From Ophelia neglecta (lineage: Eukaryota), in the NCBI GenBank assembly GCA_965285935.1, contig OZ260667.1, positions 22,878,001 through 22,942,000 on the forward strand: a DNA stretch of 64,000 nucleotides, given 5' to 3'. Made by a program: the position numbers and the translations under genes. Below, in pieces: positions 23,801-37,600 of the stretch. The first letter of the stretch is position 1, and the number at the start of each line of letters is the position of its first letter. The notes under the pieces are model-generated. The model was not told where the DNA came from. It did not search any database and saw only the letters and a program-made list of their open reading frames with translations.

Positions 23801-26800
23801 CGATGACCAAACAGCAATCATTCAGTACATGTTTGGACAGGAAACATCACTGTTGATGATAATCATGTCCTCCGTGTTGTCTCCAACTTTATCACCACTT
23901 GTTTTCTTAACTAAACATTTGGCAGGGGTTACTACGCAAGGGAGTCATGGAGGATTAAGAGTAATATATATTTTATTGGTTTTCTTATTAAACGAAAGAT
24001 AATAACCTCGAAAATGATTTGATACACTGCCAGAAGCATTTTTTCTTAATAATACATAAATAACCAAACAAAAATCGCAAATAAATTACAAACAAATCAA
24101 ATAGAAAAAGAGCACATTTTCTACCTCGTGATTTCTTTTTCAAATCCAATGTAAACGAGCCTTTATCAAAACATCATTTGTAGGAAATATCCACAACTTG
24201 GTTTGACCCATAATCTACCAAATGAAGCTTCACCCAAATTTATTTTCTGTATAGGTAACACACCCCTGTTAGATGTGCTCAGGGGATCCCCTGTGGCCAG
24301 CCGACGGCTATATATATAGGTAAAATACCGCCGACAGTCCAGCTTCTCGCTTCTCACCTCCCCAGTAAGTCCCATTAGGTGTAAGGAGGATCGAGAGAGA
24401 ATTCACCTGCTAGGGTCAAGCAATTATATGAGACTATAGCTGCCGCCTAAGTCGACTTATTTTAATAGCACGAGGGTTGAGCAGACCAATTTTATATTCA
24501 CTCGATAACAGCGAGCATTTTGAGAGCATACACTTAATTGATACTTGTTAAACATAGATTGGGACATCAAAGTTGAGTGAAGGAGTTTAGGTACAGATTA
24601 AGTGGTAAGTACTTTGGCAATTTTGTACAGTATGAATGATTATTGGTGCTTTTTGTCTCTAAATTTGACTATTCCTTGTTGTTACGCCGTAGAATTTTCG
24701 CTATGGGTAGAATCATTATTTTGGTAGGAGTTTCTGAAGGCAATTATTTGATCCGTTTAGAGCCAAAAAAATTATGACCATCTCAGTTATATGCTGATGA
24801 AAACGACATTGCATTTTTATTTACCATTAGATAATGTGACGAAAAATAGTTGAAACTTGAATGAGCCCGTTTATGATGTTAATATGCGCCAGCAAGCCGC
24901 ATGTGTAAAGAAAGACGATAAGAGGAGATATTTCTGAGCTATGGTTTTCTCGCCAACTATATACAAATTTACCTTTCGTTCAAATAGACATGTTGGATGC
25001 TTCTTTTTATGTTAAATCAACATCAGAGAAAATACAAAATGAATAGATTGTTTGCACAGTGATTGAAATTTATCATCTTCCAATATGATTCTTAACATCC
25101 AGCAAACGCAGCTTGAAGCTTTCCTCATAACTTTTAAACTTTTTTTTAACCACGTTTGACTACACAGCGAATTGTGCCATTTAAGATGGTTTTCTTAAGG
25201 GTCAATATAGCATCATGTGTGGTTGTAATGTAGTCACAGTTGCCGCCTATATATTACTTTTTAGGCAATTTCAATATCTACACATGATTATACTTTTTGA
25301 ATGTATTTCTTTATGTGCGATTTCTTTTTAGAAACGTAAAACAACTTTTGTTATGCCTATCTCAAGCGTATTTTCTATTACAAGCGTATTTTCTATAACA
25401 CAAAATTGTCCATCCACGACCGATCCTGTAAACATGAAATTGTTTCCAGTGTAGATATCACCTGACAAAACGAATATAGTGACAGGTCATTGCCTTGCCC
25501 TGCTCCCCAGTTGATTATATTCCTGTTGCGGACGTATCTTCCCTTACAATTTGACTTGATTTCTAGACTACTTGGCCGCTGTGTTAACTGATGCATCAAT
25601 AACCCCTATCATGCACATGTAGGTCAGGGTTTTTTTACTGTATCCCTTCAGCATACTTAATATCGGGGACTTCGAGTGGTTTATAAGTATTTCTGTGCTT
25701 TTGAATTTAATCGTAATTAATTATACGCCTTAATAAATAATGTAAGTAGAATTCCAGACACGATTTTCAAACATTGCATGGCACCCTGTGTAATAACTGT
25801 ACTTGACTATTCCCTGGCTGTCCACTTTGCGGTAAATTTGCGTTACTTAGACATTCTACGCGACCTTGTTAGGGCCAATAAGGCTTTTGAGGAATTTTGA
25901 ATATACAGGTATAATAATGACCATAATTAGATGGATTTCTCCTATAAATGTACCATATGACACTGTACATGTGATACATTGCCTAGTACTGGCCATTTTT
26001 GTCAGATATTACGATGGGCCTGAGTAATACTTAAACAAATTGTTAAAGTCTCACGATGCTCGTTGTTGCAAGGGTTAAACGAAGTACAATAGTCAATAAC
26101 ATAATATGCAAAACTGTGAGTAATAAACCGTCGGGCGAGTATTAATTACCACAATTAACATTAATGAAGGACGTTAAGTTTGTAGAAGGTTAGGACCAGG
26201 AGTTTTAAGTGCGCTCCTCTAGGTCTCATCTCACTGCCGCTTTTTTAAGTGCACTTCTCGAGGTTGGCCTTGATGAAAATAACAACCGAAAGAACTAGGT
26301 GGGTTTTTTTTTGTCTAGGAAACTGCGATCAAGATCTAAATAATATAAGGTGACATCCTAGTCACTTGATCACTAAAAGTCATCATTAATTAATCACTCT
26401 GACGCAGGGAATGACAAACTCACACCAAGTCTAAGGTTGGATCTCCATCACCATACGACATTTTCACCAGTTTTAAACTGTAACACAGCAATTGTACTAT
26501 CTCAAGCGACATTCAATACACACTGCCTAATATTTGATACATGGCGTATCCAAAGACTTGGTAATGACTCTGGTCAATTTAGAAAGAATTATCCTCTGCT
26601 GACATACAAAATATCAACATGTAAACCGCTGCTAAACATTGCTTGCAATGGAACTTAAAAAAATGTCAAACTCAGGTAAGACAAACGCCAGTATTATAAT
26701 GAACAAACATATGGGAGTTTCAATGTTAGATTGTATATCATTTATTCACATAAAGGTAAATATATTTTATATCAAGTGTTTGTAGTCCTGGATGGGAGAG

Positions 26801-29490
26801 GGTGGGCCAACCCCACAGTCATTGAAAATAACCTAATACACAAGTAATCAATCAAAACATTATGTCCATCTCTGATTTGAATTTGAATTCTATGAGGCCT
26901 ATGTGGAAATTTAAGTGTAGATTTGTTCGATATATATTTAACATGTTTTTCCTTGAAATAGAAACTACAATTATGCAAATGGGAAAACAAATTATTATCA
27001 TTCGTTTATCGTTAAAATATGTCGTCCTTTTTTCGCTAATCAACAGAACCAATTGTTTTGGCATTCTCTTGGTCGATGTTTGGACCTTTGAATATTATCA
27101 CGGCCCAAATTTAATGTCCTCTCTTAAACTTTTTGCCATTTTAACTGCCCTCTTTCAGAGAGTGTATAGGTGTAGAGATCCATGTAATGCACACGGAGTC
27201 TTTGTATTTTACATCTTGTGTGTAAAGGTACATGATTACCCTCAAGAGTGGGCCTAATGTGGTTACTGTTAGGCAAACTTATTATTGTGAAATAGAGTAT
27301 ACGTAAGAACATCAATATCTCACCATGCTGCTTTTAACTTTTACTCAGAGGAGTCAGTGATCAGAAAATAATAACGAAGTAGAAAGACAAATAGGCCTTA
27401 GACTGTTTTTGATGTACGAGGTTAACTTGTTATGTATTTAGGGAATATAGACCTATTTTCATTTAACTGAAAGTCCTTTTGGAGACTTAGATAATCCTTT
27501 CAGTTTGATCGTCCCAGCATTACTTTTGAAAGTTTTAAATGATTTTAGAGTTTTCGGGGGAAATACATATAGGTCTTAATATAATGTTTGTAGCCCGTGG
27601 AAACCCGAGTGTGAGCGATCATCTTCCAGGAGATAGTCGGATGATCCATCTTGGACTAAATTGAATATCTGAGGAAGATCCAACATCCTGAACTCGCGTT
27701 AGTGACTCTTGCATTTGAGACCAAGTAGTGCATAAAGCAAAAGTTAGAGATTGTATGCGTCCATACCTGCTGACCCGAAACAAATTTGTTGCTCATCTTT
27801 TCATTGGTTAATGGGTAGCTTGCGTGTAGGCCGATATTAGAAAAAAAATCTCTCATTGAATCTGGAGTTTGCCCCCTCTCGTAGAGAAGGATATTTTTTC
27901 CATTTTTATGCGGTTAATATAGTGCGTCTGATTTGATATTAAAGTTAATTACTGCTAAAAAAATCAGAAGTGCAAACAGAACAGGATATAACAATAGGTA
28001 GTGCGTTTGCAGACGACATTCTATGTCTCCACATTTAAATGTGGTTGGCCCAACGTCAAGACGACGCCATCATCAACTAAGCAAGACGCAAGCGGAACTC
28101 ATCTAAAACAGGGATTCTTTACCAAAGAGGTAAATAAACCCAATACGCACTACTCGTCTTTCCCTTTTGGGTCTTCTGCCAAGATAAAAATGGATGGTAA
28201 ACGTCCGGGCTGTAGTTAATTCCCGAAGAAAAATCAATATACATGTAGCTGACAACGGTTTCCGTAATCCCCATAAGTGGTCGCTTTCTTCTGAAAGTTT
28301 TACTGATGGCGGCACCGGTACAGCCGATAACATGTGATTAAAAATGAGACGTATTGTTCTTCTTATCGTTCAATGCCGCTGCGCACCAAAAACAATGATC
28401 AAGCCTTTTGGTGATCTATGTTTGTCAGTGAAAAGTATGTTATATCACCTAGCAACACATCATTTTAAATGATGTAGCTACTATAAAAAGCATATCAAAA
28501 TTGTAATTGCGGTTCTTGCTGATTGTCTGTTAGAAATCACCCTCTAAAGACCATCAGATGTAGTTGTTTCCTCTTGTTGGGAAAAATGTAGTCGATGAGA
28601 ACTTTTTATCAACCGGGTATATTCTCTTTTTTGACAACCGCCTTGACGTCACGAGACATTAGTCCATGATCTGAAAAGGTTGTTTTGCATGTTTACAAAA
28701 TAGACTATATCGCTTTACCTTTTATACTGCCTGCAGGCCCGAACAACAATTTATCAAACACAAATTCTTAACTGATGTGCATAGAAGCAGGAGACCCCAC
28801 CATCCCTATTCAAAGGAATAGAAGATATGTCAGTTAAAAGATTCACTCTGGACGAATTGAGAAAAGGGGGTAAAACCCGAGAACTCTATCAGATGTGAAG
28901 AATACAATTCGATATGACATTGCAGAATCCCAATGACGTCCTGCCCCATGATGTTCTACGCTCTATACTAGTAGCTAATTAGTAAAATATATGCGGAAAT
29001 AATTTTATTCAGATGACCTTGAAAAGGCGCCCCGTTATATAATCGAAGAACTCGTTATGATGCACAAAACGTGGTTTTATAGAAGTTCTACGAACTCCTA
29101 TGTTGTGAATAGTGTATGAGCGCTAATATTTAAAATTGACCTCAATTTAATTACCGATTGTCCCTTGCAAAAAATGGACCCAGAGGTCAAACCTGATATC
29201 GCCATTAGAATCACAATTCATCACGTTAAAATGAAGGAAGGCCCCATATCTTGTAAAACCAAAATACTAGCCATTCTGAAGTAATTGTAGCAGCCACAAC
29301 TGTAATTTATATGCTGGTAAAGACTAGATCTATATGCGCAAAAACTTAGTTTACTCATTTCAAATAAAATGACCTTCATTCTTTTCAAGGTCGACACTTG
29401 CGTTTCGAATATAGTAGTGGTGTTTTCAGCCTTATGTTCGATACGAGATAAACTTGGCATAGAGCCTATAATAGTCATATGCCAAGTAAT

Positions 29491-29592
29491 AGTTATATCA
29501 TGGGTTTCTGGTGGTACTTAGTGGCGTTATAAACCGGGGCGACAGTCGAGCTTTATATAGATCTGAGTTACACCAAAACCCATGCTATAACT
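29491..29592. mobile_element. Small foldback/MITE-like element
   Basis: AGTTATATCATGGGTTTCTGGTG (29491-29513) pairs with CACCAAAACCCATGCTATAACT (29571-29592) with one mismatch and one bulge. Confidence 0.6.
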
Positions 29593-31695
29593 CATTAAGC
29601 ACCCTCCAACCCATTTCGCCCTGAGTTGCCTATTTGCCGAGATGTCGACACTGAGGACTAGTTAGGTGGGCGCTTAAGGCTGATAACCATCAACATTTCG
29701 GGTTAGTAGTAAGGCAAGTTAGATTATCTTGAGAAGATATAATTGCGAATCCAGTTTGATGTCAGGCCTATTTGTCGAGTACATTAATATATGTACTTTG
29801 CCACTAGTTTTAAGTATTTACAATTGGACTAATGGGGTGAGGTTTACCGTTGAGGTGTCTCAAAAATGGAGGATTGCTAACGTTGCACCTGCATTCATTA
29901 GGGAGCCCAGCACCTAGCGGAAAAGTACCATGCAGATTAGAGGGAAAACTTCTAGTTCTTAAAATATCTCCCAAAAAGAAAGAGGATTTGAAACCATGTG
30001 TTCACTTTATACTAAAATTATAAAATTACCAAAAATCATCAAATTCTCCGGAAATTATTAAAATGGTTAATCAATTATGAAGAAACGGGTAGGGGCCTAG
30101 TGTTTGATAGAAGCTATCGTTTGTATTATTTCTGCCAGTGAAGTGGGTAAAATGTGTCAAGATCACCAAATCAACTTTATTCATAGACAGATATATAAAA
30201 TGTAACATCAATAGACCTAGAATGCAGACAATATCAAAGCCAGAAAATAGGTATAGCGTTCTTGGGCTCAAAAAGGTAACGTATGACATTTGACCTTGAA
30301 ACTGATTCTTGTTTTTTTTTCGCCTGGGATAATTGAGATTGATTATTTACTAGAGTTTGTGTTCTCGATTGCCTTAATAATGTGTAAATAGTAATGTACT
30401 GCCTATTATTATATATAGACTATAAATGTACAAACATAAATAACAGAGCAGCTATCTATGGAAGCTTTAAAAAATCCTGTCCCCAAAGAAAGAGAATGTT
30501 TTGCATCGGAGTAACAGTTTGTCTCTCGTAGGGTCCGTACAGAGGTCATATGAGAGTAGACATGCCGATGGTAAGGCCTAAAATTATGAGTTAAATAGAG
30601 TTATCGTGCATTGCTATTTGGGCAGGAAAAAAACTAAAATCATTCCTGTGTTCCTTATATAAACATGAACGCCTATAGTGAAAAAATGCCTCACATGTAA
30701 ACCTACCACGTTTACATTTTTATAATTCGGTTAATCTATTTCATACGTCAAAGTGAGACCATTTGGTAAAGGGTAACTACGTCTATGACAAAACACGTAG
30801 TTATTGACGTGGATCTTTATTGTGATTACTATATGTAAATCAAACCACGTTTATGGTAGGCGACTCATCGGCGTCTTCATGCCTATCACCGATGAAGTGC
30901 AGTTCAGCCGTCCATACATGTATGATATTTACAGGAGAGGCAGGCCAACAAGTGTCACAGTGATTTTATATGATAATTAAGTGGACACATACTGTCTTTC
31001 GAACCAAAATATTACCATAGAAATTGACGCAAATTAAACCGGTAGGCCTATAGAACTACATTAATAAATGCATGCTCTATTATAATACACGTAAGAGGAT
31101 GTTAATAGCATATGCATGAAAAACATAGTAGTAAGTTTAAATTACAAGGCGATCTAATAGAAAGTTTTGTTGCCACGAAAAATGTCAAGGAGGGTGTAGA
31201 TTTAGGATTGTGTGGATTACTTAAACTTGCTTGTGTGGTAAAAACACCTTGTCCTAACAATCAATTGAGCATAAAACCGAAGCACTCACTTATGACTAAA
31301 TAGTTCTCACAATGTAAACAATTCTCGAGTTAATAAAGGGCTTTTACAGCAAATGACGGAACCAGAAAGTTCAAACAGGAAGTTTTCAACCGTCCTTTAC
31401 AAGAAATTGTTACATAAACGACCGCTGTCTTGTTCCTGCGAATACACCGGAAGCTGGTTCTTTCCTGTCTAAAGCACGAAACATTGATTTTCTGAAATAA
31501 TTACAAGTCAAATATCTTCACATAGATTTGTATGAAAGCCACCGTTTGCTCTCTTTGCTATAACAAACTTTTTTTCTTTTACAAAGCCATGTCAGTGATA
31601 TAACTTCCAACATTAATGGGATGCAAATTGATACAACATCAACAATCTTTATCCTGTTACAGATTGGAGTCACAGCCAACCGGGAATAAACCGAG

Positions 31696-34600
31696 ATGGC
31701 ACACGTCAACCCCACATTCGAACCCGACACTGTAAGTACAGTTTTCATTAAGTTCCAAAGTTCCATGTCACTATAATTTGAAAACGTTGAGTAAGGTTAC
31801 TCCACAGTGTATATATTTACGTTGTCACTGCCACATGTGAACGCGTTCACGAGTAAAATGGAAATGTACGAAATTTGTGCAGTGAAGGATCCAGCTGAAG
31901 ATTTGAAGGTAACTGAGAAATGCAAATAATATATTTTTCATTGTATTGGTATTCGGCCAAAGCAATATGACTTGTGTTTGTTAAGTTAAGCTAACATTCA
32001 TCCGAAGTCTAAAAGAGGATGCAATATTACATTGTTACCATGCTGTATAGTAATGCAATGATATCATTGAATTTTAGCAAAAGTTTCTCAAATTATAGTA
32101 GTTATATGCACCTCTAAAAACTTAAGGCAAAATGCGTCTGTCATTGGCAATCGTTGGACCAGTCACCCGGGATAACCACACAATGACATGGTGTTTTAGA
32201 CAGCCGGTTATAGGGTTTAAGGAAGTTGAAAAAACAGGGTCTTATTTGATAAACTTTATAATTTTATGTTATATGGTATGGCATGTTTGTAATCCCGCCT
32301 TAACCAGGACGGTTTCCATTTGTTAACATTGTGAAGTCGGTGTAAAGTGACGGAGAACATGATAGAAGAATCGTTTTTGAATACGCAAGCGGCCTGTCGA
32401 GGACCATATATTTGTAAAGGATAATGTCACGAAAACTTAACACTCCTCAAAAGTGACAAAACAACCGGAATAAGAAAGGATTTATGGCGAACTAAATCCT
32501 CAATTTAATGGCGCACGGTTTAAAAAAAAATGTTGATCATTTATTCTTTCATGTGTGATAAACACTTTTGAACTTATGCAAACAAGCTAGGGATTTAAAG
32601 TAAGGGGGTGGGAGTGGAAAAGAGTACATGAAGTATAGTTAATTGACAACTTTGTCACTGTTACTCGTCTGATGGCAGATTATTTCACCAGAGGATCCAA
32701 TATCTCCGATGACATGACTGATCCCTTGGAAAGTCGGGTGCTAACACCAGGGCGCGCTCAAGGGGGCTTTGTAACGTTGTTAATTTATAAGTAAAATAAA
32801 ATGAAAACGCAGGAGAATCGTTCAGTGTATGAACTTCTATGTTGACCATCCTGTAATGAGGGGACATCTATCTTATCCTTTTTTATTTGCGATTTCCTAA
32901 CCTGATCACAGACAACAATTTACCCTGTAAGATCCCTCGATATAATTATCTAACGTACGATCACTGGGAGCAGGGTAGAAATTTTCCTTATGTCCCTTTA
33001 ATATCAAAATTGATTAAATTATGTGGAATAACTCAAATACGCACAGTCATGTGTTATATTGAGTTGCTCTCTTTTTTGCAGCAATGTTAAGGAAGGATCT
33101 AAAAAGTAATGCTAATATGCTTAAGCAATCATAACATATTCCGTCAAAGAATTCGACCTACCCCTTAACACTGTTACTTATGAATTCAGTATTACACGTA
33201 CATCCTCCCTAGGCCGACATGTGATAACTACATATGTTTGCCAAATGTGTGTACACGTGTAAATGATTGAAAATGGTAATTAATTCAGCCACTTACAACC
33301 CACAGTATAACAAATGAATTATTTCCTAGCTTACGTGTGATTACATGCATCTGCACGCGGATGTCAACTCAATAATATCTTGGTTGGTTAATTTCTATCC
33401 ACTTTATGGACATTGGCCTACATGTGTATATTCGCATCATTGTGCATTTAACGAAAGAACTAATGTCGGAGATCATTTTCACAGGTACTTGTCTCCAATT
33501 AATGATATACGATGGGTAACCCATCCCCCTCCCCAATACCACTATTTATATAGTATTTAGTACTAAAACAAAAACGTTCTAGCAACCTTTTTTTGGCAAG
33601 ACCACAAACTGAAAGGACATGTTTTTTGATATTTCGTGCATATCCAAAGTCGGTGTTTATGATGTCATGTTTTTCGGATATCTTCCGTCAAGACACTTAA
33701 GGAAAGATATAATGTGCTGCCCGCACCCACCCTACCCCTCTACCCTCGTTCGGCATGGGATGTATTATACACCCAACACCCAACACCATACCCTATAAGG
33801 GCAACCTGACTTTATATGTTCCCGATGTTTATGTAAGATTGCCAAATGAACGGTATTTACATAATATTATGTTTGCATGATTTGCTATACGACACTGCCT
33901 TAAGGGTGGTGCCATCCCGTTAATTGTCAAATGCAAGCACTGCAGCATTTCTGTTTTTATCTAGAGGTTATAGGGCGGCTTTATTGCTGTTACTCAGAAG
34001 AGATAAAAGAGGTGCAGCTGAGTCTTCTGTCCTACTCCCGAGTAGCAAAAAATCCCAGTGACATCCTTATAGACCCCACCAATGTCGAGTATATGGTATA
34101 TTACTGAGATACTTGTGAGTGTAGTGAGGGCGAGTAGGAGCAAGGTTAACCCGGTCGTTGTCTAGGAAAAGAAATATCACCATCTCCGATATGTTTCCCG
34201 AGGATTTAAACTCTTGTTTAATTACTGTTTCACCCTAAAACTTTGAGGTTTATAAAGTGATATCGACCTGATACATTTACTCTAGATTGAAAAAAAGACA
34301 AATAATAACGATAAGCAGCGACAATAAACCCATACATATGTATATCCTTTTGACAAGCCTCTCCAACTTTTATACATTGTACAATTTACGCCTCAGAAAT
34401 GCAAAATGAACTGATATATAATCACGTATTAAAAGCATCTTTATCCCCGAAATTAAATTAATGTCTGACTCTGAAATCCGGAAGATATATTGAAACTTTG
34501 AAAGCTCTGTCCACCCAGTCGTATTATCACATTGAAAGACGGGAACAAATTATGGCACCCCAAATTTTCGTCTTTGGAGTTAAAAATTCCGACCCGAATT

Positions 34601-37600
34601 ATAAAGGTTTGTAAACCTAACATGATTATATTCATTGTGACACACCCCTCTACATGTGATCCACCCCTCCACAGACACTGTGACCCACCCCTTCACAGAC
34701 ACTGTGACCCACCCCTCCACAGACACTGTGACACAGCCCTCCACAGACACTGTGACCCACCCCTCCATAGACACTTTGACCAACCCCTCCACAGACACTG
34801 TGACCCACCCCTCCACAGACACTGTGACACACCCCTCCACAGACACTGTGACCCACCCCTCCACAGACACTGTGACACACCCCTCCACAGACACTGTTAC
34901 CCATCCCTCCATCGACACTGTGCCCCACGGCAGCTCACGCACGAGCCGAATAAGAAGGCGAGTGCGCTACACATTCCCGAGGATGATTAATGCAAAACGG
35001 TGTAAAACCATTTCCCCGCTTTTTAAATCATCAAAAAGAAGGTTTTAAAGAAAATAAAAACCAGTCCATTCGATCTTTAAAACATTTAGACCGCAAGAAA
35101 TCAGGACTACACATGGCCTGTAAATTAATATCGCCATTATTTTTTTTCTAACATCTAAGCATAAGTAAATAGTACCAATGCAAGTGCTCTCTATATTGGC
35201 TGTTTCGAATAGACCTTCCATCTACGACTTAGGAACCTTAGGAACCTGTGTGTGGGAGGGGTGGGAAGGTCATGTGTATGAACAATTAGCAGGCGGCATA
35301 TATTCTTTTAAATGTGAATATCAAAACGAGCTTACACAAATAATATTTCTGCCAAAAGAATGACCTTCACATTTCATCGTTGTCAAAGCAAAAACCTGAT
35401 AAACTGGTTTTTTTTTTTTTTTTTTGCATATTATTCTTATATGCTTTTATTTATATAATTTGGTATATTTTAACAGAGTCATTCTGAGTTTTTCGAAAGT
35501 TACTTCGATCCACTACTTAACATTAAATTTTATTTTGCCTCGAATTTAAAGACACCGTACAAAAGCTACTACTTATAAGTGAGCCTCGTTTCCTCGGTGA
35601 AGAGGGGTCCAGTTTTTTTGTGTAGTATTGTGTAGTTACTACGAAAATGATTCTATGCTAGAACACCAACAAATCGTGATAGGTGGCCTCAGTACAGATA
35701 ATTCAATACTTTTCAAGACAAATAATGTTTTGCTTATACATGCTGGCATGTTCAGGTACCGTTCTAATGCGTTGCTTTGACTGTACAAAACAAATCTCAT
35801 GACATTAAATAACATTGATAAGTACTTATAAACTCATCAACTTGAATCTGATATACCGATAGTGTCATTTTTAAACTTCATCTATTGGGAACTTTTTCTA
35901 TATCCTGTGTTGGTAAATTTTATAATTTTCTTCAAAGTTATATGGATGAATTGTTATATTTACTGTGGCGGTGGATTGTATACGCTCTGTGATCCAAAAT
36001 TTGACCAGACAGTGTGAACGCCACCTGTCGACACTTGGGTATCGACCTTGAACATTTCAACCTTAGATCACATTAAGTTTACCAGCTTACTAATTAATTG
36101 GGGAAATGTAAATAATGAGTCTCCGGTGACAACCATCAAATATTTAACTAACAGTGCTATGCAATTAACTGTGTTAAATTGGTGCGAATGGATTTCCTTT
36201 ACCGTAGTTAGCAAGCTACTTTTCTTCAAATTAAAAGATCTTGTAAACATTTACATATAACACAGCTTAAAAATACTTAGAAGTGCTGCTGATCTGGATG
36301 TGAGTTGGCACCCTGACGCATTTAACTCTAAAAAAAGTGGTGTTAGTTAGAACGCAGAAATAATACTGTTATTGCCATATACGCTGTTGGTTCTCCATCT
36401 CCCCTACACATAATACAAACGGTAGTTAGGAGATGGCCATTTATTGAATGGAAAGTAGTTAAAACACGTACACAATGACAAAAAGGTCCGTTTAGCACAA
36501 AGCCATTCTAATGTCAATACGTGTCTCAAAATTATGTACATGTGTATAATTATAACCTACACTAGTGACTATACTGGTGTTTAACAACAATCGCCAGAGT
36601 TAATATCTCACAAGAACTCGCTTGTTGACAGTTTTATAGGCCTGCCCTCACACTGTGGTTTCGTCTTGCTAATAAGCATTTGAACATATACCGGGTACTA
36701 CCACGGCATTTTTCTGCACCTAAATTGACTGCTATCCAAAAGATATAAGATATACATTACATATGGCCCAGGCGAAGGCAGCAGGCAAGCTATTACATGT
36801 AGGGTCTCAACAATCACTTTATAATGTGCTAGCGAAAGCACTCAAAACATTTCTCAAATTACAATATTTGCGGTTAGTAAATTATCTGGATATGTAAATA
36901 AATAAACATTTTAAACGGTTAGAAATGTTCAATACAGTTCGAGATCCTTATTTGAAAGTTATTGAAACTCATGTCTTCGAATAAATTTACTGTAAAACAT
37001 ACGCTATAACACAATGTTAGACAGCCGATCTCTCAATTCTAGATAAGCAAACGTCATAGACAATATTGTATTGGGGACACATTGGCAAGTCTCATTCGAA
37101 CCCCTTGAATGATCCGTAACATGAACATTTGGTATATGGTCAACACAAATAAAGGTCGAAAGGACCAAGAAAAGTATAGCAAAATTATCTCTGTCAAGTT
37201 TACGGTGCAAGACATATTTGACTAAGCATAATGCCCTCTGCCATGTGGATTACAGCGGAAATATAAAATATTTCGTTTGGTCACCCGCAAATGGATTTCG
37301 TTCAGTTTTACCACCAATGCATTTTATTAATTCAAAACTAAAGCCGGACAATAGTACTAATGGCTCATCATGAAACTGTGGTACTGCTGAACAGGGTTAG
37401 CACGTTTATATGTGTCCCTACAACGATCTATTGAATGTTTTAGAAAGGTTAGCCATTACCAGAGTGTTGTCGCATGTGAACCGCCATGTTCTTTTTTTAT
37501 AGGTTGAGAATGGTGTTGCCGTACAAACTATTGCAGAAGGTAAAGACGGTGACAATAACTCGTCAACTGAAGAAGACGGGAAGGAGACAAAGGAGGGCTT

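Noticed and set aside
27600-29100. Coding-looking fragments (ORFs 27656-27856 and 28103-28333; frames near 28810-29070)
   Set aside because: They are interrupted by stops and show no motif I can name with confidence. They may be a decayed TE; a translated search is needed.
34636-34928. RAG recombination signal heptamers (CACAGTG on the minus strand of most units)
   Set aside because: There is no nonamer at 12- or 23-bp spacing; the heptamer is simply part of the repeat unit.
34532-35048. Repetitive ORFs ([24 protein letters not shown] repeats) as a metal-binding or mucin-like protein
   Set aside because: They are by-products of a stop-poor 24-bp minisatellite that is open in five frames inside an intron. 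No splice or homology support.
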